Source: Candidatus Bathyarchaeota archaeon (lineage in GTDB: Archaea; Thermoproteota; Bathyarchaeia; 40CM-2-53-6). Taken from it: a stretch of DNA of 62,479 bases. Location: positions 1 through 62,479 of the forward strand of contig VBBD01000007.1 of assembly GCA_005882895.1 (NCBI GenBank), read 5' to 3'. The notes under the pieces were generated by a model. That model did not search any database and was not told the origin of the DNA. It was given only the letters and a program-made list of their open reading frames with translations. Positions within the stretch are counted from its first letter, which is position 1; every line of letters starts with the position of its first letter. The position numbers and the translations under genes were made by a program. This document shows, piece after piece, positions 57,297 through 62,479 of the stretch.

Positions 57297-57636
57297 CTCA
57301 TTTCCTTGGCGATCACGTTCAATATTCAACGCCGCTGTTCCCTCTCCATCCACTCTATGTGTCTTACAACCAGAGTACATGGGAAGGTTGCTGATCCTAG
57401 ACTTGGAATCAGGCTTCGAGCATTGAGAGTTTTAACCCATGTCCTGACAAAACTCTCGGTTTCAATCGTTGTAATGACAAAGCGATCCGGCGATATCCTC
57501 CCCTCGTCTCAAGGAGGGCCGACCCCGAAGTGGGATAAATAGGACATGAAGGAAATCATTGGTGAAACCCATCTCCGGAGATTTAGCCAACATGAACGGT
57601 GCAGAATTGCGGTAGGTATACTTACCTAGTGGGTTC

Positions 57637-58710
57637 GTGAAAATCAGGGTCTCGGACGACAAGGTATTAACTCGATTGCGCAGTCGTGAACCTGGAAAAC
57701 CCGTGGCCAATGCTCGACTAGGCGAAGCCCTGATCGATATTCAGACCATAGTGATCATCGGATTGCTGTACTGGCTACTCACCGAAGAACAATCAAACCC
57801 CTTCCTACGCACTTGGCTCTCAGATAACTTTCCGCTGGGATTGTATATCCTATCCCCTCTGGCGGTTGCGGTGATCAGCGGGACCCTATTGGTCGTTACG
57901 GCGTTCCGGATCGGACTTTTCGTAACTGGCAGAAGCATGACTTTTGTGGGTGGTGAAGTTCTTCGCGGGCTATCCGGGCTCGAAATACAGCTCCGAAAAT
58001 TCGTCTCGACCAAGGGAACCACCACCTCAGCGCTAATACTAACGAGCTTTGGCACGGCGTTAGGTCTGTATTCATACTTCATAGCCGGAATCATCCCACT
58101 CACGGCGCTGGGTATCTCATGCATCATTCTAGGTCTTACTGCACTGTCGCTCCCTCGCCACGTCAGGGGCGGTCCGGGTATGAGGGCGATGCTTCAAGGG
58201 GCTACACGAGGTGTGGAAGCGTTGCTCGAACAGGGTACCGTTGGAAGGGCAACGTACCTTCCGCCAGCTGACGGCGATGCAATCTTCGCCTATGTCCCCT
58301 TGACTCCTCAGCCCGAGACCCTTAGCATCGACGAGATGAAGCAAGCTCCCAAGAGTCATGTTGGTAATAACGAGAAGGGACTGCTCGTCCACCCAGTGGG
58401 GTCGGAACTGAATAGAATACCCGAGTTCCAAGAAGCCCTTTCTCTCGAGGAGAGGCTGAGATATGTTCTCGTGGAATCGGCAGATGTCTGCTCCCGAGTA
58501 ATGGTCGAGGAGACTGGGAGCGTCGTAGTGGTGGCGATGGAGAGTGCAGACACGGACCTTCAGGGACAGAAATATCTGGAGTCGCTCGGCAGCCTTCCTT
58601 CGAGCCTGGCGGCCTGTATAATTGCTACATTGCACAATAAGCCTGTAACACTGCTTGACGAGAAGAAGACGGGGAACAGACTTATTGCCCGTTTTCGGTT
58701 GCTTGCATGA
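57637..58710 (+). CDS. Hypothetical membrane protein
   Basis: Four TM segments then a soluble domain ending LGSLPSSLAAC. Confidence 0.7.
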   Translation: MKIRVSDDKVLTRLRSREPGKPVANARLGEALIDIQTIVIIGLLYWLLTEEQSNPFLRTWLSDNFPLGLYILSPLAVAVISGTLLVVTAFRIGLFVTGRSMTFVGGEVLRGLSGLEIQLRKFVSTKGTTTSALILTSFGTALGLYSYFIAGIIPLTALGISCIILGLTALSLPRHVRGGPGMRAMLQGATRGVEALLEQGTVGRATYLPPADGDAIFAYVPLTPQPETLSIDEMKQAPKSHVGNNEKGLLVHPVGSELNRIPEFQEALSLEERLRYVLVESADVCSRVMVEETGSVVVVAMESADTDLQGQKYLESLGSLPSSLAACIIATLHNKPVTLLDEKKTGNRLIARFRLLA

Positions 58711-58731
58711 GCCGAAGGGAGAGGTAGAGGG

Positions 58732-58965
58732 TTGCGTCGAGAAAACTCGTTTCTGATATCGCTTGCAATCCTGCTCGTAACCTCAGTGGTTCTGCTCTCA
58801 ACGTTACGAGTCCAAAACCTCGCCACTTACCTGAACCTCTTTACATTATGCTACTTCGCGGATTCGTTCGTTTTCAGGCCCAAGAGAAGATCAATCGATT
58901 TCGTAGGGCTGGGTCTTCTATACTACAGTGCACTCTTCCTCGCCATCGCCTTCCGGGTGTTATAG
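58732..58965 (+). CDS. Small 3-TM hypothetical protein
   Basis: Hydrophobic; GAGG upstream; fills the operon gap. Confidence 0.6.
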   Translation: MRRENSFLISLAILLVTSVVLLSTLRVQNLATYLNLFTLCYFADSFVFRPKRRSIDFVGLGLLYYSALFLAIAFRVL

Positions 58966-58970
58966 ATCTC

Positions 58971-60761
58971 TTGCGTGGTTTTCTAGCCGCACTGCATTTG
59001 ATCTCATTTGGTGCTTGCTCTTTTGTCATGCTGTTTCAAGCGTACACTCATGACCTGCCCACTTTGGCCTATTATCTGGCGCTTCTCGTCTTTGTTGGGA
59101 CGGTTGCAACCTCGATTGTTCTTGGAAGCGAATTCCTGGCGGTGGCGGGCGTCCTCTCCTTCTTTCTCGTGACCCGGTTGATGTTCTACGTCTCGACTTT
59201 CTTTCTCGCTTTTCCCTTTGGCGATCCCTACGGCCAGTTCGGAGTTCTACGGGTATTTGCCCAATCTTCTCACATCTCGATACTATTTCCCAACACCCCT
59301 CCCTTTGACCAAACAAAGTACTTGGCCCTTATCACGAACTCGTATTCTCAATGGCCGGGATTCCAGATACTGACACTCAGCCTCTCAAGAATCACCGGCC
59401 TACCGCTGCTTGGATCGGCAATGGCCATAACCATGATCCTTGATGTGGGTTGGTTCATGGTATCGTACGCTCTGGTTCGGAAAGTTCTTGCCCGAACGAT
59501 CGTGAACCTTCCAAACGCCGTAGCTCTCAGCTTGGCGATTGTTACGGCGCTGCCGACAACTGAGATGCCATCGTATTTCAAATACGACTTTCCAGCGACG
59601 CTGTTCCTCCTCGTCTCCGTCCTACTCTTGCTGAGGGTATACGACAATCACGACTTCAAGGTGTTGGCTCCGCTAACCATCCTCAGTATGGCGATTACGG
59701 TGACCCATAGCATAACATCCCTCTTCTGGGTGCTGGTGCTGTTACCTTTCGCGCTCTGGACAACGGCGCCACGTCTCTTTACGACTCTCTCTTCGAAGCT
59801 TCCGTTTGTTCTGGGGCGGTCGATTCAATGGCCGAAATTTAGCCGTCAACCTCCGGTGCATGCTCTTTTCGTCTTCGCGCTCATCTCATTCCTCTCATGG
59901 TCGGCCTTTTACGCGGTATACCTAGTCAAGTACGTTAGTGTCTCGGCGGGAAAGATTCTTTCTTCACTTTCACTAGGAACTCTTTCGCGACTCTCGTCCA
60001 ACCAGAGTAATATCGGTATGCTGACTCCCAAATGGCTACTTGACCTCCTGTATGTCAGAGACCGTGTCTTTCTTGGGCTTCTTCTGGCTGGAGTTGCAGC
60101 GTTAGTTATCGTCCCATCCCTGGTCCGGAGGGCTCACGTGAAGATCATGCTTCTCACTCTATCGGTGATTATTGTCGCTACGGAATTCTCCGGTGCGTTG
60201 AACTTTGGAGACCGTGCCCTCCTGCTTTTTGCCCCACTGATCGGATTTCTTACCCTTGCGCCCTTGATCGTCGTAGGCTCTCGGTGGCCCAAGCTCAGCA
60301 AAGTCCTAATCGTCTCTATGATGATCTTGCTTATGTTCAGTGCAGGGGTCGGGTTTTGGGGGTCCTCATTCGCTCCCACCGGCCTCTATGTCCAAGGAGC
60401 CAACCCCTCCTCAATGAGCGGAAGGCCTCTTACGTGGCCAGGGGTTGCTTCGTATCTGTCTTTTTCGGGCCGGCAAGATTGTATATTGACCAACGAGATC
60501 TATATGACTTCAATGAGCGTTCCAGTGGATGAGTGGAATATTTCCGGAATGATTGGAAATGTCCGTCCCGCACCAGGCTGCCTTGTTGTAGTTTACCCCG
60601 GCCTCTATTCAACTGTCAATTCGAACGTGTCATCATTCGGCTTCGGTGAACCCTACATCCCATATCGCGGGTTCTCACCCAACGCGTTTTACAATCATCT
60701 CTACAATAACACGGATAGAATTTTCTCGACAAGAGAAGCCGCAATATACTACTATTCATGA
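58971..60761 (+). CDS. Large polytopic membrane protein, GT-C/polymerase-like (DUF2206-like)
   Basis: More than 12 TM; GDPY, YSQWPGFQIL, THSITS motifs; within a glycan cluster; start uncertain. Confidence 0.65.
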   Translation: MRGFLAALHLISFGACSFVMLFQAYTHDLPTLAYYLALLVFVGTVATSIVLGSEFLAVAGVLSFFLVTRLMFYVSTFFLAFPFGDPYGQFGVLRVFAQSSHISILFPNTPPFDQTKYLALITNSYSQWPGFQILTLSLSRITGLPLLGSAMAITMILDVGWFMVSYALVRKVLARTIVNLPNAVALSLAIVTALPTTEMPSYFKYDFPATLFLLVSVLLLLRVYDNHDFKVLAPLTILSMAITVTHSITSLFWVLVLLPFALWTTAPRLFTTLSSKLPFVLGRSIQWPKFSRQPPVHALFVFALISFLSWSAFYAVYLVKYVSVSAGKILSSLSLGTLSRLSSNQSNIGMLTPKWLLDLLYVRDRVFLGLLLAGVAALVIVPSLVRRAHVKIMLLTLSVIIVATEFSGALNFGDRALLLFAPLIGFLTLAPLIVVGSRWPKLSKVLIVSMMILLMFSAGVGFWGSSFAPTGLYVQGANPSSMSGRPLTWPGVASYLSFSGRQDCILTNEIYMTSMSVPVDEWNISGMIGNVRPAPGCLVVVYPGLYSTVNSNVSSFGFGEPYIPYRGFSPNAFYNHLYNNTDRIFSTREAAIYYYS

Positions 60762-60894
60762 CAGAATCCGGTTTACAGCGGTAAGGCTTCAGCGGCCGGG
60801 CGAGTGGGTTCGAAATATTTCGATTCTACAACTATCACGCAATGATTTCTTTTAGGTCGTAAGCGATTTCATCCTAGGAATCACTGAGGAGTTG

Positions 60895-61650
60895 CTATTC
60901 ACTAGTCGTGATGTTCGCAAGACGATAGTAGGAATACTTTCTATGAGCAGTGAGAAACAATAGCCCAATGGTTACGGTGCTAAGCGATAAAACCACCGCG
61001 AGCAACGTGATGCCGAATGGAGTGAAGTTCAGCGCGAGCCCGACTAACGTCGTTATGGCCAGACTCATGACGAAGGAAACTGAAGTTCGAGTTAAGTAAT
61101 CAATGTCCTCTTTCTTGGAGTAGATGAAGCCGAGGAGTGTGTACCCTGGGAGAAATAGGACCAACAGGGCCCCGAATATGTAACGGAGGTAGAGCGCAAG
61201 ACCTGATGATGCAAAGACAAAGCCGATGGAGGCTAGGGTTGCGAATGTCTGTTCCCAGAACCAAATGGAGAGCGGAGAAAGAAGATAGTCTAGAAATCGT
61301 TTGTACGGGACCGGTTCTCGGATCAGAATCTTCCGGTCTGCTTGAAGGCTTGCTATTTTCGCAATGATTTTGTCAGACGTGTAGGCCAGGTCATTGGACA
61401 GTTCTCTCACTAACCTTGCAAGGGGAATGGGTTTCGTCGTCAATTTCTGCAATACGAGAGTTTCGATCTCCTTCCCGGTCTTTGACTCGTTAGCTAGAGT
61501 CTCTTTTCTTCTAAAACCGTTATTGAACTGTGCCCTAGTCTTTTCCGCTGGCGACGAATTCCTATCGATGCCTAGGCTGTTACGTTTAGCCAAATCTGGT
61601 TCCATAATCCGGTGTATTCGAAATTGGAAGCGGGAACATTGTAAGACCAT
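60895..61650 (-). CDS. DUF1616-like membrane protein
   Basis: VLFLPGY, SFVMSLA, GLALNFTPFGI; start uncertain. Confidence 0.7.
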   Translation of the reverse strand: MVLQCSRFQFRIHRIMEPDLAKRNSLGIDRNSSPAEKTRAQFNNGFRRKETLANESKTGKEIETLVLQKLTTKPIPLARLVRELSNDLAYTSDKIIAKIASLQADRKILIREPVPYKRFLDYLLSPLSIWFWEQTFATLASIGFVFASSGLALYLRYIFGALLVLFLPGYTLLGFIYSKKEDIDYLTRTSVSFVMSLAITTLVGLALNFTPFGITLLAVVLSLSTVTIGLLFLTAHRKYSYYRLANITTSE

Positions 61651-62045
61651 AACTCGAATATGATCCTCGTATTATTTCCCACTTGGTTCACGCTAAGGGT
61701 CATCGGGAATGTCCAGGTTTCATTGTCCCTAACAATGTGCCAAAAAGTTGTGAGCACTGGCGCATTAGCGTAGGTTGAATTGCTCACCAAGGTTGACTGG
61801 ATGCCAAGTTTGACGAGCATTTGGTAGTTTTCGATGCTGCCCTCATGGTTTCCTACAAAACCGTAGAGCAGAAACGGCTGGTTCACCCCGACAGTTGTCG
61901 GATAGCCTCTGGTTGTCTGGTCGGGACCTAGGATACCTAGTTCCGAATACCTCTGCTGTTTTACCGGTATTAGGGGTGCCAGAGCGGTTACTACGACGAG
62001 TATAGTTATGGATGCTAGGATTATTGTTGCGGTCTGCCTATTCAT
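61572..62045 (-). CDS. DUF1616-like exported protein
   Basis: TM then YSELGILGP, YP, VGNHEG, IFELW, WNQIWLNVT. Confidence 0.72.
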   Translation of the reverse strand: MNRQTATIILASITILVVVTALAPLIPVKQQRYSELGILGPDQTTRGYPTTVGVNQPFLLYGFVGNHEGSIENYQMLVKLGIQSTLVSNSTYANAPVLTTFWHIVRDNETWTFPMTLSVNQVGNNTRIIFELWSYNVPASNFEYTGLWNQIWLNVTA

Positions 62046-62479
62046 CGCTCTTTTTCACAACATGGTTTCTATAGACTCGCAACCACAGCCGCCTGTAGAC
62101 ACGGTCTCCCATGAGATAGGCCAGTGCAGCTATACCAAGCGTTGCAGCAACGGTGCCTAGAGATTCGTACAAACGGAGTTGGCGTGCCAGGGAACCGCCA
62201 GATGAGACCGAAGTAGAATTCATAGAAACCATTTGGGCTATGGTAGTTGCGTTAGAGAGATCCGCGGAGGCGGCATTCGGATCTGTCGCATTTTCCGCCA
62301 GGGCCCTTTGAATAAGGGAAACGGCTATGTTCAGCTTTTCGACAAGTGCGGAAACGTCTCCACCTTTCTGTTCCGCGTAATAGACTGAGGAAAAAGCGCT
62401 ATTAACCGAGCTGTTCGCGGTCGCTAATTGTCCTCCGGTAGCTTCGTGCGAACTAATAGGAGTAATCGAAATCACCAGA
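62038..62479 (-). CDS. Hypothetical exported/membrane protein, 5'-truncated by the window edge
   Basis: Open frame to the edge; AEQKGGDVSALVEKLN helical domain; C-terminal TM. Confidence 0.65.
   Translation of the reverse strand, partial: LVISITPISSHEATGGQLATANSSVNSAFSSVYYAEQKGGDVSALVEKLNIAVSLIQRALAENATDPNAASADLSNATTIAQMVSMNSTSVSSGGSLARQLRLYESLGTVAATLGIAALAYLMGDRVYRRLWLRVYRNHVVKKSDE

Noticed and set aside
60804-60814. GTGGGTTCGAA matching the tRNA-Leu T arm, a possible attR site
   Set aside because: Only 11 bp, does not extend to the tRNA 3' end, there is no integrase, and core genes lie between; compatible with chance
1-62479. CRISPR arrays, IS elements, integrases, rRNA
   Set aside because: No regularly spaced repeats, transposase/integrase motifs or rRNA-like segments were found by eye

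Overview
Archaeal chromosomal window at roughly 50-55% GC by eye. The archaeal-type L13/S9/RpoN/S2, EF-1alpha/S10, DGGGP synthase and BHB-intron tRNA point to a TACK archaeon, possibly Bathyarchaeia-like; the lineage is an inference. Layout: (1) 1-6.1 kb, tail of the ribosomal/RNAP operon running into an isoprenoid-lipid block (mevalonate kinase, type-1 IDI, class II HMG-CoA reductase, UbiA). (2) Ferritin-like gene, glutamate dehydrogenase, a GC-rich bacterial-like oxidoreductase, tuf and rps10. (3) 11.5-24 kb, a metal-handling island. It holds three membrane-anchored cupredoxin paralogs (two with non-canonical CuA-like loops, one with the loop ligands lost), two surface Vgb-like beta-propellers, a His-motif surface protein, a Ni/Co-type permease with NikR and a candidate operator, a ZIP permease, a membrane protein/wHTH pair and an ABC-2 exporter. 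A shared GTTCG-N4-TTGAGCCA motif abuts BRE/TATA-like elements in three of its promoters, and a tRNA-Leu(CAA) with three BHB introns sits inside it. (4) 24-42 kb, mixed metabolism: AlaX, LsrF-like aldolase, O2-dependent HPPD/FAH/HGD plus an Fe-ADH, proline dehydrogenase, a LarA-family protein and a bacterial-type GAPDH. (5) 42-62.5 kb, a surface-glycan cluster: WbpE/B/D-like trio, glycosyltransferases, deacetylase, a nucleotidyltransferase with two Tmk-like kinases and a phosphodiesterase, secreted phosphoesterases and DUF1616-type membrane proteins. The best candidate for an undescribed system is the cupredoxin/propeller metal island and its regulon. Several genes appear to use non-canonical (CTG/ATT/ATA) starts. 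No CRISPR array, transposase, integrase or rRNA was seen. All product calls come from motif recognition, not database searches.
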